Source: Zygnema circumcarinatum SAG 698-1b (Eukaryota > Plantae > Zygnematophyceae). Taken from it: DNA of 64,000 nucleotides. The DNA lies in NCBI GenBank assembly GCA_037447605.1, contig CM074810.1, positions 2,452,880 through 2,516,879 on the forward strand. The letters are read 5' to 3'. How positions within the stretch are numbered: the first letter of the stretch is position 1; the number at the start of each line of letters is the position of its first letter. This document shows, piece after piece, positions 50,019-64,000 of this stretch. A model generated the notes under the pieces. The model was not told the origin of the DNA, did no database searches, and saw only the letters and a list, made by a program, of their open reading frames with translations. Position numbers and translations under genes: made by a program.

Positions 50019-53000
50019 ATGGCTGCGCAGATCTCAGTCGTCCGTTTCGACCTCCATCGACGGCCAGATCCTGGCGGAGGAGCGCTGTCCTTGACAAGGA
50101 CGTGAGTTTGAACCTCCACATTGCAGGTTTTGGAGCGCTAATAAGCGTGCAGTGTTTGGGGATACGGTACAGGGTTTAAGGGGTTTAGGGTGTAAGAGGT
50201 TTAGGGCTCAGAGGATTTAGGGCTCAAATGCTATGGTTTAGGGCTAAGTGGTTAGGGTGCAAGGTGGCTCAGAGATTAAGGTGAAGGATTTAGAGCTTAG
50301 GGTTTAGGCTCTTGGGTTTAGGGTTTAAGGTTTAGGGTTCAGGGCTTAAGGTATAGGGTGTAAGATGCAGGGTCGAGGATTTTGTGTTAAGGATTTAGGA
50401 TTTAGGGTTGAGGGACTAGGGATTAGGTCTTACACCTTTAGTGTATTCCCTCTCCCCTTCTCTCCCTCTCTCTTTCCCCCTCTCTCCGTCTCTCTCTCCC
50501 CATCTCTCCCTCTCTCTCTTCCCCTCTCTTTCTCCTCCGCTCTCCCTCTCCCCCTCTCTCTCCCTCTCTCTCCCCATCTTTCCCTCTCTCTCTCCCCCAC
50601 TTTCCCTCTCCCCCTCTCTCTCCCTCTCTCTCTCCCCCTCTTTCTCTCCCTCTTTCTCTCCCCCTCTCCCTCTCTCTCCCCCCTCTCTCCCTCTCTCTCT
50701 CCCCCCCTCTTCCTCTCTCTCTCCCTCTCTCTCTCCCTCTCTCTCTCCCCCCTTCTCTCCCTCTCTCCCCCTCTCTCTCTCCCCCACTCTCCCTCCCCCC
50801 ACTCTCTCCCCTTCTCTCCCTCTCTCTTTCTCTCTCCCCCTCTCTCCGTCTCTCTCTCTCTCCCCCTCTCTCCCTCTCTTTCTCCTCCTTTCTCCCTCTC
50901 TCTCTCTCCTCCTCCCTCCCCCTCTCGCCCCCACTCTCCCTCTCTCATGTTCCCATGTAAATTCTTCGTTTGCAGGAAATATACAATCACTGCCAGCAAC
51001 TCCCCATACCCCAATCTCACTCCCGCTTTAAGCCCATCTTCACCCCAAACAAGGTCTGAAAACGGCGGCCATTTACGGAATACGGTTCTCGACTGTTTCC
51101 CATTTTCCCACATTTTACGAAAAGGACCGAATTTTTTTCAAAAGTGCCCTCAGGAGGACACGTGGCGTTGGGGCACCGCCACGGCCCTCTCTCTCGCTGT
51201 GGGGATTGTTGGCAGTCCAACGGAGCTCCATGCGGAGGAGTTTGCCGTTCAGTTAAGGACGGAACGGCCGACCATGGAACGCATTTTGGCGGAGCAGCTG
51301 GCGCGAAGGTATAGCTGGGTGTGTTGGCCTCTCTCTCTCTGTCTCTCTCTCTCTCCCTCCGTCTCCCTCCCTCCCTCTCCCTCTTTCTCTTCCCCCTCTG
51401 TCTCCCTCCCTCCCTCCTCTCTCGCTCTGTCTCTCTCTCGCCCTCTGTCTCCCTTCCTTCAACTCTCTCTTTCTCCCTCTGTCTCTCTGTCTCTCTCTCC
51501 CTGTCCCCATTACTCCGTCTTACTTTTTGTCTCTGTGGCTCTCCACTTCGCCCTCTCTCTCGTCTCTATTGTTAATTTCTTTGTCCCCTCTCTCTCATTC
51601 TCTCTCTCTGTCTCACTCCCTCAATCCTTCTCTCCTCTCCCTCTCTCTCGCACTCGCTCGCTCTCTCTCGCTTTCTCCCTCTGCTCTCTTGCGCTCCTAT
51701 CCCTCACTCCACTCCCCCTCATTCCCCCCTCCCTCTCCCTCTCCTCTCTCTTTCTTGTCTTTTTCCTCCTCCCTTCCTCCTCCACTGTAATTTCTTTATT
51801 CGTAAAGGGGTACAAATGGGGTTCTTTCTTTCTGCAGATTTCGGGACATGACCGATGACGAACTCGTAGACTTTTTGGAAAATCTTTTGAGAGTTCAAAA
51901 GGAAACTCCCCCACCTTCTTCCTTAGAAAAAGTTTCAGGGCAGCCCCAAAAAAAACCAAATTTTTCTTTTCCAAAGGAGGACGATAAGGAAACTGAAACC
52001 CCCCCCTCGGAATTTTTTTTACCTCCTCAAAAACCGTTTTTTTCTCCCTTAAAAGAAGAGAGGAAGGAGATAATTGGAGTTTATCCAACTGAGTCGGCTT
52101 CTTCCCCAGAAACAACCCCATTTGTACCCCAACTGAGTGAAATAAATAACAATAAAATAGAAAGCGAAAGTGTTTTACAAAATATACTTGTGAGTTTCGG
52201 AAAAACATTCAGTAAAGGGAAAACATCTGTCTACCTGGGTTTAACTTTTGTGCTTTTTGGAATTATTGGGGTTTTGGGGTGGAGGAGGTTTCAAAATCCG
52301 GGAAAAACACAAGAATTAAGAAATTCAGATTTAGAAAAAGAAGTCAATTCAGTGGGAGAAAGGGGAGAGAGGGGAGAGGGGAAAAGAGAGGAGGAGAGGA
52401 GGGAGGGGTCAGAGGAAAGAAAGGTAGTGAGAGAAAGAGAAGGCAGGGAGAGCCGAGATGGAGGAGCGGGAGAGAGAGAGGGAGGGAGAGAGGGAGTGGT
52501 ATGGATGAGGAGTCAGAGAGAGGGAGAGGCAGAGGGTGGGAGACGGTTAAGGCAGAGGTTGAACAGGCTAAGTGATGAAGATTTGTGGTGGAGAGGTAGA
52601 GCTGAGGAAGAGAGAGAGGGGGAGAATGGGGTTGTGGGAGGCAAGAGTGGAGGAGTGAGAGAGAGGAGCCCCCTTTTAGATGGTAGAGAAGAGGGAGAGG
52701 GAGCGGGAGAGGGAGAGGGAGACAGAGAGAGAGAAGAGAATGCGGTAGTGAGTAGGAGGATGCAGCAGACAAGGAAAGGAGGGAGCTCAAATGTGGATCC
52801 GCTCCTGAAGTTGGATTCAGTGGAATTCACAAAAAAGGATCAAGAAAGTTCTAGGAGACAGGATCCACCACTTTTGGGAAAGCAAGTTCAACAGGATCAA
52901 CAGGATCAACAGGATTGGCAGAATCGAAAGGATCAACAGAATGTGAGGAAGCAGGATTCACTCGATCGGAAGAAGCGAGATCCACCTGAGATCAAGTTGC

Positions 53001-53602
53001 AGGATCCACTTATTTTCAGAAAGGACGACCCACCTGACTTTTGGAAACAGGAGCCAGTGAAGGAGTTCAAGAAGGTGGATCCACCCGATTTGTGGATCAA
53101 GCAGGATCAACGGGACCTGGATCAAAGCAGAGATCGCCCTCTTGGTTTTGGGAGTAAGGCGGAAACCCTAAATTCAGAGAGTTTCGAGAAATTTCCGAAT
53201 TCGGAGGCTCAGTTTGTTACTGAAAACCGAGTTTTTCCGCCTTCTTCACGACATGAAGTTTTGGATTCAGCGGGGAGGAGGAGGAGGAGGGGTCCCGGAC
53301 AGCCTAATTCTGATGAAGATTTATGGGAAGAAAATTCAAATTTATGGAAAACTAAAGAAGGGGGATATTCTGGAAAGGAGAATAGAAATTTGGGGTCTGC
53401 AGGAAAACAGGAAAGAAGAAGGGTTTTCGGGCAGGAGAAAAGTTTTTCCGGACAGGAGAAAAGTTTTTTCGGGCAGCGTCGGAGGGATTGGTTTGAACAT
53501 GAAGGCGTGATGTGGAGGAGGGATCGCGACGGTGTCTATGTTCCCAGTTCTCCGTTGGGTCAGGAGGGAAACAGTTCATCCGTACAGGGTGGAAATCGCT
53601 GA
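50019..53602 (+). CDS. Uncharacterised ~730-aa protein with a membrane-spanning segment and low-complexity charged tail
   Basis: Exons 50019-50101, 50976-51308, 51838-53602 join via phase-2 GT-AG introns; hydrophobic VYLGLTFVLFGIIGVLGW followed by RR; QD/KQDPP-rich repeats; no family recognised. Confidence 0.62.
50130..50425. repeat. Intronic telomere-like (TTTAGGG)n degenerate array
   Basis: In intron 1 of the 50019-53602 gene. Confidence 0.75.
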
Positions 53603-53882
53603 GGCTCAGCTCTCTCCCCCCTTTTTTTTTTGTACACGTGGGTTCGATTGCTTTTTTTCAGTTTTTTCAGTTTTCCGGTTTTTAGTTTTTGGATTTTAGT
53701 TTTTGGTTTTTGATAGAAGTGAGTTTTGGGGTTTTCCATTCAGTCTTGGAGGTGGCCTTAGGGAGGCGCTTGTAGTATGGGGCATTGTATACAAATTCTT
53801 TTGTTTTTTTTTTTTTTTTTTGAGGCACATATTTGTAATTATTTTTGTTTACTGGAAAGAAGGCTCTGTATGGAAAAGAACG

Positions 53883-54130
53883 AAAATGATATACCCCCCC
53901 CCCCTCGGGTTATCCCGCCCCAGTTTCTTTGAAATTCCACCCTTCATTTTGGCTATTCCGCTCCCTGTTTTGGATATCCCGCCCCTCCCCATTTTGGATA
54001 GTCACCCCCTTGTTTTCTCCTTCTCACACATCAGCGCAACTTCCGTAACGACACATTAGCAGAGCGAGAGTACGTAACGACACATTAGCAGAGCGAGAGT
54101 GGAGAGAGAGAGCAGAGGGGAGAGAGAGAG

Positions 54131-54164
<34 letters not shown>

Positions 54165-54910
54165 CAGAGGATAGAGAGCAGAAGAGAGAGAGAGAGCAGC
54201 GGAGAGAGAGGGGAGAGGAGAGGAGAGAGAGCATAGGAGAGACTAGTGGAGAGAGAGCCGAGGAGAGAGAGAGCAGAGCAGCGAAAGCAAAGGAGAGAGA
54301 GACTAGAGGAGAGAGCAGAGGAGAGAGAGCAGAAAGGGCAATTTCTTCAAGCGGCTGGAAGTATTCCTCTTCTTGCTACTCTCTTCCTGACCTCTATCCT
54401 TGTAGGTCCCCCCGCTAAAGCATTGCAGGTATAGTCGGTGGCTGTCGCTATACCTGCCAATCTTGATGTGAAATCCTTCGTGCTTGTAGTGCTCGGTCAT
54501 GACTTGTACAAGCTTATCGCGAGTCTTATACTCAGTCATTTCTGTGGAAATTTTAAACCGGGAAGAGGGAAGGGGAGGGGAGGGGAGGGAAGGGGAGGGG
54601 AGGGAAGGGGAGGGGAGGGGAAAGGACGAGAGGGGAGAGAGGGGAGGGAAGGGGAGGGGAGGGGAAAGGACGAGAGGGGAGGGCAGGGGAGGGGAGGGAA
54701 GGGGAGGGGAGGGAAGGGGAGGGGAGGGGAGGGGAGGGAAGGGGAGTGGACGGGAGGGGAGGGCAAGGGTGGGGAAGGAAGGGGAGGGGTTATCACCTCC
54801 CGACATATCCAAAATGGGTGGGGGCGGGGGGGAATAGCCAAAATGGGAGGGCGGGATTTCAAAAATAATGGGGCGGGATAACCCAAAAAGGGAGGCGAAG
54901 TATCATTTTC
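53883..54910 (-). mobile_element. Non-autonomous Mutator-like (MULE) derivative with ~110-bp imperfect TIRs and a transposase DNA-binding-domain fragment
   Basis: GGGTTATCCCGCCCCA..TTTGAAAT..CATTTTGGCTATTCC at ~53905-53960 is inverted at ~54830-54885. Internal exon 54541-~54335 reads EYKTRDKLVQVMTEHYKHEGFHIKI..LYLQCFSGGTYKDR..KKRNTSSRLK(N)CPF, FAR1/MULE N-terminal type. No TSD found. Confidence 0.55.
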
Positions 54911-55910
54911 CTTTGATTTCGAGTCTTAGGGTTTTTGGTGTCGTTTTGCGCCCTCGTAGTACGACAGTTGGAAACTGGTGTGGTCGGTCGGCGGGTAGAG
55001 CGGTTAAAAAGTCGGTAAACAATAATTGCAGGTGTCGGCGGAGGTGTCATCTGTCGCCGACCGTACGGACAAGGGCCCAAGGGACTTATACGCGCCGCCA
55101 CTTGGGCGTCGGTGCGATCTCACTAAAGACAAAAACCGTATCACCATTGACCGAATTGGCCTTTCCTTGGCCTGCACGTGTTAAATTCTTACACGTGTTA
55201 ATAAACAAGTGCCGACATTTTGGGCTGTCCACCTGCGCCACTCCAACTTTGTCCTTTTCAAAGTTATGTTTTCGGACCAGAGTCGAAATTTAAAATATCC
55301 AAATTTACGTAAGTCAAATCTTGCAAATATAAGGCAATTTACCAAAATCCGCAAACGACAAAACGAATCATATAAAACGACAAAGAAGATCGCCTGAAAC
55401 GACAAACCCAGAAACGCCGCGCCGACACGAGGCGAGTGGAGGGCGCGCCGTGTGGCGGCGCCGACCGCCAATGGCAGCCGCCGCCAAATACGCCACGTCG
55501 GCGTTTGAGGGGGCGGCGGTCCACATCAGCAGGTGGGCCACTGTGAGTGTGCAACGCGTCCCTATGGCTGGAAGGTGAGGGCTATGGCGGCGGCGGAGTA
55601 TATATGGGAGGACGCAATAGCAGATTTTCAATGCAGTTGAGCTCACTGTCTCTCGCACTGTTTTAGCTTCCCCTACTTTTTGGGTCTCTCTCTCTCTCCC
55701 TCTACCTTCTCTCTCGCGCTCTCACACATACACACTCTCTCTCGCATAAGCTTGTCTATCTCGTAAATCCCTTCCCACTTTCACTCAAAATCCCTCCTTC
55801 CCTGCCCTACTTTTTGTGTCCTTTCTCTCTCTCTCTCTCTCCCTCTCCCTCCCTCTCTCTCGCTCGCTCTCCCTCACTCTCGCCCTCCCTTTCTCCGTAC
55901 GCATCCAACG

Positions 55911-57431
55911 ATGGGCATTTCCATGTACGCCACAATTGCGGCGCTGCTCACTTTCACTCTCTTTGGAGAAACGGCTCTCGGTACGCTCAACCCTAATCCC
56001 ACTCCTTTCCTTTTAGAATTCAGATCGCCCCCATAGTAATGAACAGGAAAAAGACCCATAACCACCACCGAACAATTGAGCATAGCACCATAGCATACCC
56101 TTCTTAGCAAAACCCTAGACCCTTATGTTTCTTTTTTGTGAGGGAATGCGTGCAGGCTGCACTATCCAGAACGGCATCAGTTACAAGGGAACGGTCCTCA
56201 CCACCCTCCCCTTCATCTCCAGCGCTGACGTGTGCTGCTTCGAGTGCCGGTCCAACCCTGACTGCATCGCTTTCACTTTTTCGGTCAACGGGACGGATGC
56301 CAACAAGTGCGTGCTCAGGACTGACGTCAGCAGTACGCTCAGTGACGTCAAGGCCATCTCGGGCATTTCAACAGGTAGGGGTGGTGGGGTGGGGCCCACA
56401 TTGATTTTGTTACTTTTGTTACCCTCCAAGCACGCATGAGATAGGTAGAGTAGAGCCAAATTCAGCAAATTGGAATATGAATCGATTGAAACCTTCAAGG
56501 GAATGGGAGGGGGGGCCTGGATGCTGAGCCTAGAGGTAGATTTCCGCTAATATTTTTTTTCTATTGTCCTTACGGCCTTTGTGACCAGTTCCTTGTGGTT
56601 CCCCATGTTGATTTTGTCCATGTACATTTGATGGCATCGCCATCGTAAGGTCAATGCCACATCATACCCTAGGGAATTCAATCTCATACAATGAGTCAGA
56701 GAATAACGCGATGAACGTGAATGAGTCTTGCAGGAGTATGCTCGTTCGAGGACGGGGTCGAGTACCCTCTGTTTACCAGCCAGGTTGTAACCAACATTCC
56801 CAACAAGGAGACTTGCTGCTATTGGTGCAGCACAACCCTAAAGTGCGCGGCCTTCACATACTTTAAGAGCTCCAAACAATGCGTCCTCAAATACGCCGTC
56901 GCCAACCGCGTCCTTAGCCCCAACCTATCCTCCGGAGTCGTGATTGCAGGTGAGAAATCGAGGGAGGAGAGGGAGAGCGAGAGAGAGAGAGGGGGGGGGG
57001 GGAATGGAGGCAGGGGGGATCGGCAGTGGGGAGGAGAAAGAAAGCTACATTGGGATGCGGGGAGGGGGGAGAGAGAGAGATAGAGATGGAGGGGTAGAGA
57101 GAGGGACAGAGCGAGAGAGAGAGCGAGAGACTATCATCTACAATTATTCACTAACCAACAGTTCGAGTTCCCAACGCAATGCTTTCCAGGCTCTGCCGGC
57201 GCGTGCACGTTCGAGGACGGGTTCAAGTACAGCGGGTTCGACCTGAGGGCGCTTTCCAACGTGCCCACAAAGGCCGCCTGCTGCGCCGCCTGCCGCGGGA
57301 CCCCCCCCTGCGCCGCCTTCTCGTACTCCAGGACCGGCCCCGCGGCCAAAACCTGCACCCTCAAATCCGCAACCGTCAACAAAATCGCAAACCCCGATGC
57401 CGTCTCCGCAGTTGTCACAGGTCAGCACTGA
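55911..57431 (+). CDS. Secreted triple-PAN/Apple protein, gene P4
   Basis: Exons 55911-55980, 56156-56374, 56734-56949, 57190-57431 (ends VTGQH*). Confidence 0.9.
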
Positions 57432-59723
57432 GCACTCACTGGGCAGTAATCAAACACTTTCTCCCTTTTTTTTATTGTTCTTTGGTTTAATTGCATTTTA
57501 TTTATTCCCTGAATAGGATGAATGAGTGTAACATTTGAAGAAACTCAAAGCAATTTTTTGCGTGAGGTTTGATCTGGTAATTCCTTTTGGGAGTACTAAC
57601 GGAGGCTTTTTCGTGTGCTCGTTTTGGCAGGGCTGTCCTGTATGGACATCGCCACTGTTCGGAAGTAACGCATGGAACCGAAGGAGCGCAATTGCAGCTT
57701 CCTTGACTGGAACTATGCGCATAGAGCCCAGTAGGCTCTAAGAGTATGCGAGATGCGTAGATTGAATAGATTTAGAACTCAAGGAGCTTGAGCATTGGTA
57801 ACAGTTCATAAAAATGTTGATAAATTTTGAGTTATCTGTCGGCTTATGCCGCGATATAGCCAGCCCCGACGTAGGTAGAGATGAAGGAGAACGAGAAGAA
57901 CCCAATTTGTTTTTAGAACGCTTTTGTGGGCAAAGCCCGCTTGTTGTGTGCCCTTTGCGGCACTACTGAGGATGCGAAGAGATCTCTCTGTTGTTACATA
58001 CGAAAATACTGATTAATTGAAATCCCTTTTTTGTTACAAATGGCTGCATTGAAGAACGCGGATGCAAATCTGAACTCCGTCTTTAATTAATTTTCCAAAC
58101 TAGTCGCTTCTAGTTGTCATATTTTGAGTTTTAGGGATCATATATGTCATATGTGGTCGTTCCTTGTCGCTGCTTTTCATTCCTCGATGTTAGAATATAA
58201 GCTCTAATCCTCTGTTAGTGCTCTCTTCCCTATATGCTGATGATTCCCTTCATTTGATTTCTCAGAGCATGACTTTGGGCAGATTGCATTCAAACTGACT
58301 CCAAATAAAATATGCAAAGACGTAAAATCACAAAGAAAACATACACATACAAATGCGGAATTATACGAAGAAGAACCTCAAGGGCCTAAAGCTCCATTAA
58401 GGATAATCAAGAAGGTACGGCTCAACGGTTAAGCCCACAGCTCTTCACTATCACCACCCTCTATCCCCCAATACTACAAGCAACCATACAAGCCTGGACC
58501 AGTCTCACTCAGCCCCAACACAAGGGCCTGGTCCCGCCCAGCCATGGCTGCCGCCCACGCTGCCGCCGGCCATGCAATGCCATGCAGGAGTGACGACGGG
58601 CTGGCGAACTTCTGACGCGTTGCTGACATCATGCCCGCGCACGCGCATGGGGCGTTCACGGTTTGCTGCGTACGGTCCGGTTTCCAGTTTCTGGTTCGCC
58701 GCTTTTTGAACTGCCGGTGTGAGTTCTATGGACCGTTTTGGCGTCGTGGACGGCCCATAACGGCCGTTCCGCAGCATGGATCCTGGCAGGGATCGCACCT
58801 CTGCGGTGCTACCACGTGCTTAGACCGGGTTGGACGGATGGGTCAAATTGGTCAAAGTCAGTCAATCTAGGTCAACTTAGGTCAAACTACCCAAGGAGAA
58901 GGTTGACTGCGACGTGGCTTCCCTTCATTGGTGATTACAACGTAATTTGATTTCGTACTAAGTGTACGGAACTCAAGGGCTCGAGGTGCTTTTGATGACG
59001 TCATGTATTCTTAGATTGTGTATGATATGCGCGAAGTTGGCGTTCTATACGTGAGCATCCGTAGGATAATTTTGTCGTTTAGCGACCCTTGAAACCCAGT
59101 GACGTATGCCACCAAGAAGAGAAACCACGAAGAGCCAGGTTAATACGCTGTCGGTGGATGTACGAAATTCTTCAAAAAGCTAAAACACCATACAGTTGGG
59201 CAGTTATCCGCGATCTCCAATTTTTGTCGTATTTGCTTATACCGATTCGTCGCTGAGGACCACTGGCGTGCAGCCCCCTCGTCTTCATTGAAGCGTCCAG
59301 GAACAAACGACAAAATGTCCCACACCCTCCAATCCAGCCCCGTGAATTTCATTATTTGTCGTACCTTCACGACGAACACTCGCACCTATCCACCGACATT
59401 TGCAGTTAATGGCCGTTGGCTCAAATTTTGTCGGCGAGCGGCGCCTCTTCCGCCGCATCGCCGACACGCCGCGTGGCGGCGGTGGGCCACCGGGCGCGCG
59501 CCGCCGCTGGGGCCAGAGGGCGCCACGTGTCCAGCGTGAAACGCCGCGCCACGTCTCCTCGGGGGGGTGGCGGCTGCTCCCAGAAGGACCACTTCCGCCA
59601 TTTCTTAGTTCATCTTTCTACAAAGGGCTCCCACTCCCTCTCTCTCTCTCGACCTCTCTCGCTCCCTCTCGCTCGCTCTCTCTCTCGCTATCTCTCGCTC
59701 TCTCCCTCTCTCTCTCTCTCGAC

Positions 59724-59765
<42 letters not shown>

Positions 59766-59800
59766 GTCTCTCCTCTCTCTCTCTCTCTCAAAATCACACA

Positions 59801-61183
59801 ATGGCTACCTCGGTGCACGCAGCCATGGCGGCAGTCCTGGCTGTCCTTCTTTGCAGCAAGGCGGCCCTCGGTGCGGGCCCCTTCTAGCACTTTATCTCTG
59901 CCTTGCCTGCTAAATCTCACAGGCATCTATCTACATAAATCAAGAATTTCACGTCCTTTAGACTCATCAGCATCTCATTTTAGTCTTCGTAAAACTGGTT
60001 CGCTTTAGACACTAAACCCATACTTGAACTCATTCAACTCTTCAGCAATACTTACATCTATCAAATTTTCATCATTTCCTTTTCTTTTCTTTTCATTCCT
60101 TTGCGGATCATAAAAACAGGCTGCACCATTCAGAATGGAACGCGGTACGACGGCGCTGCGTTGACCACGTTGACCGCCATAGCCAGTCAGGACGTGTGCT
60201 GCTTCGAGTGCCGCTCAAATCCTAACTGTTACGCCTTCACGTTCTATGTCAACGGAATTAACGCCAACAAGTGCGTGCTCTACTCCGCCAACAGTTGGGC
60301 CGTTGCCGCCGACCCCACCGCCGTCTCGGGGATTGCCACAGGTGGGCATGTGGGCCCCACCAGAGCAGCTGCTTTTAATTTGTAAGCAAAAAGCGGGATT
60401 GGTTTTATGTCATGACTAGTAAAGCGTAGATCAAATAAAAAAACCCATGTTTTAAAATCTGTGTTTTTTAGATTAGCGAGTATTTAAATTACCATGCTTT
60501 ATGCTGTTATGCAGGGTGGAATAATTGTGGTTTTGTGGACGTTTGGGCTGTAACAGGAGTCTGTGCCTTCGAAGATGGGGTTGAGTACCCTCTGTTTACC
60601 AGCCAGGTTGTAACCAACATCGCCAACAAGGAGAGCTGCTGCAATTGGTGCAGCACAACCCTAAAGTGTGCGGCCTTCACATACTTTAAGAGCACCAAAC
60701 AATGCGTCCTCAAATACGCCGTCGCCAACCGCGTGCCCAGCCCCAACCTATCCTCCGGGGTCGTGATTGCAGGTGAGAAAACGAGGGAGGAGAGGCGAGA
60801 GAGAGAGAGAGCGAGAGAGAGAGAGATAGAGAGAGAGAGAGTGTGGGGGGGAGGGATGAAGGCAGGGGCAACGATATGGGGGAAGAGGAAGGAAGCTATA
60901 GTGGGTGCGGGGGAGGGGGGAGAGTCAGAGAGATGGAGGGAGGGAGAGCGAGAGAGAGAGAGAAGGAAAGAGGGGGGGGGGGGATGAAGGCAGGGATGAA
61001 CGATATGGGGGAAGGGAAAGAAAGCTATAGTGGGATGCGGCGGAGGGGGGAGAGATGGAGGGAGAGGGCGAGAGAGAAAGTGAGCGAGAGAGAGAGGGAG
61101 AAAGGCAGGGAGGACCGACATTGGGGAAGAGAAAGAACGCTACACTGGGATGCGGGGGAGGGGAGAAGAGAGAGAGAAAGATG

Positions 61184-61233
<50 letters not shown>

Positions 61234-61610
61234 AAAAGAGACACTACCATCTACAATCATTCCCTAACCAACCAATCAAGTTCCCAACGCAACGATTGAT
61301 ATCACTTCTTTCATGATTCACCCACCATTCATTTGACTTATTTCCCATGTCTTTTACATGCTTTCCAGGCTCTGCCGGCGCGTGCACGTTCGAGGACGGG
61401 TTCAAGTACAGCGGGTTCGACCTGAGGGCGCTTTCCAACGTGCCCACAAAGGCCGCCTGCTGCGCCGCCTGCCGCGGGACCCCCCCCTGCGCCGCCTTCT
61501 CGTACTCCAGGACCGGCCCCGCGGCCAAAACCTGCACCCTCAAATCCGCAACCGTCAACAAAATCGCAAACCCCGATGCCGTCTCCGCAGTTGTCACAGG
61601 TCAGCACTGA
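59801..61610 (+). CDS. Secreted triple-PAN/Apple protein, gene P5
   Basis: Exons 59801-59870, 60120-60341, 60557-60772, 61369-61610. Confidence 0.9.
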
Positions 61611-61728
61611 GCACTCACTGGACAGTTATCAAACACTTTCTCCCTTTTTTTTATTGTTCTTTGGTTTAATTGCATTTTATTTATTCCCTGAATAGGATGA
61701 ATGAGTGTAATATTTGAGGAAAGTCTTT

Positions 61729-62612
<884 letters not shown>

Positions 62613-63556
62613 TAAAAAACCTTGAATTTAAACGGAGCGAGAGAGAGAGAGAAACAGCTTATCAAAAACCTTGAATTTACATGGAGAGAGAGAGGGAGAG
62701 AGAGAGAGAGAGGAAAACGAGGGGCGAAAGAGAGAGAGAGAGATTGCTTTAATTCCACCTTTAATGTCGGGCACACTAACAGGTGACGCCTCTTCTTCAA
62801 CTCGACGTATTTGGAATTCGCTGAATTTGTTTTTTTGTTTTTCCGTCAGATCAAACACAGATTGTGCATATGCTGATTCCCGGTTTAAGGGTGTTGTTCC
62901 TCGGAGGCATTTAAAAAAAAATTTGAATGTGTAGAAGCAGTTGCAGAAGCAGGTGCTTAGAGTTAAAGTAAAGAGTGGTGCTTACATTGGTACCTGCATG
63001 GGGGGGGGACACGTGGCAGGGCTGGCCTGCAAAGACATGGCGGCAGTTCGGAGATAAAAATCTCTCACCTTCTTCAGCTCAATCCTCTCTCTTTATAAAG
63101 CTTCGAACCTCCTCAATTAGTACATAAATACAGCACAGTCATTGAGGGAATGTTAAGAAAACAAAAATAGAAAGAGAGAAAAACCCGACCTGCATAGAGC
63201 CTTAGTGCTTTTGAGGTCATATCGTACCTTGGGCGGCATCCGCAATGCAACAAGAAATTTTTATATAGAAAAAAGCTTTTATTTTTAAGGTCAAGTCTCC
63301 GAGTCACAGGTTTTAGGGTTATTTAATTATTCATAATATGGAATACTTTTTTTGAGTTTTTTACTTCCTGTAAAGAGCTTATATGCAATGATGGGAATGT
63401 TTTCTTTTTCCTCGTTCGCATATAAACAATGTTTTCATTCAAAGGAACATTCGGACCGGTTTCATCATCTCATGTTTCACATGCCTTGAAGGGGAGGGAG
63501 AGCAAATGTGGCTGGGAAGGAGTATGATGTGATGTTTGATTGAGATGCATGGGGAT

Positions 63557-63626
63557 TCAGGGTTCCAGGTTTAGAGTTAAGGGTGTTAGGATTTAGGGTG
63601 TAGGGTGTAAGGTGCAGGGTTTAGGG
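63557..63626. repeat. Short degenerate TTTAGGG-like array
   Basis: TTTAGGG/TGTAGGG/TTCAGGG variants. Confidence 0.55.
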
Positions 63627-64000
63627 TAAAAAATCCCAAAAGCCGAAAACAAAATCTGACCGTCGAAAAAAGTGTGTAGCCGAAAAGGTGTAAGTTTGAG
63701 GCAAGAACGAGTACTTCGGCGACATTGTGATCCTGGTGCGGCAGAGTACTTCTTTTTCTTGTTCGTAAGATTTCGTTAAGTCAGACACCCCCTATTACCA
63801 CGGAAAAGAAAACAAGTGGCACTACGGTATTCCACTTGCGGAGTAGTTGCAGGATTTCATCATTTTTTTGTGTGCTTTTTTTACTACTATTAGCAGCTTT
63901 CCAGAGTGTCCTTGGAGAGAGGTGAGACCTGAGAGGCAGGAGGAGCCTTGTTGAGCATTGGAAAGGAAGCTGCGGGCTTAGGCGCCATTAGGGTTAGGGT

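Noticed and set aside
57600-59400. Scattered exon-like fragments between P4 and P5
   Set aside because: No consistent reading frame or recognisable domain.
63960-64000. Chromosome end (TTAGGGTTAGGGT at the window edge)
   Set aside because: Only two units, and similar short tracts occur internally (e.g. ~34117-34135).

Overview
Eukaryotic genomic DNA, most consistent with a streptophyte/green alga: GA/CT-rich GT-AG introns, TTTAGGG-like interstitial arrays, plant-type F-box families. It has three parts. (1) A cluster of five secreted triple-PAN/Apple genes built from symmetric phase-1 exons (<1-1.1 kb, 43-48 kb, 56-61.6 kb). (2) An F-box locus: two tandem At4g00755-like F-box genes (32.7-41.3 kb) and an apparently chimeric double-F-box/Kelch gene (4.6-8.6 kb). 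(3) A ~22.7 kb transposon nest (8.9-31.6 kb): a TIR element hosts a Ty3 chromovirus (TSD CAAAA), which hosts a TRIM and a Ty1/copia (TSD ATTTC), whose 5' LTR hosts a further Ty3-type element. The most unusual observations are a ~130-bp LTR family containing a tRNA-like Pol III cassette, present both as a TRIM and around a degenerate Ty3 pol, and a Dam-like adenine-methyltransferase-type segment between gag and protease of the chromovirus. Much of 12.9-30.4 kb looks like indel-rich gap-fill sequence, and part of it is probably duplicated by the assembly. All family assignments come from motif recognition by eye; no searches were run.
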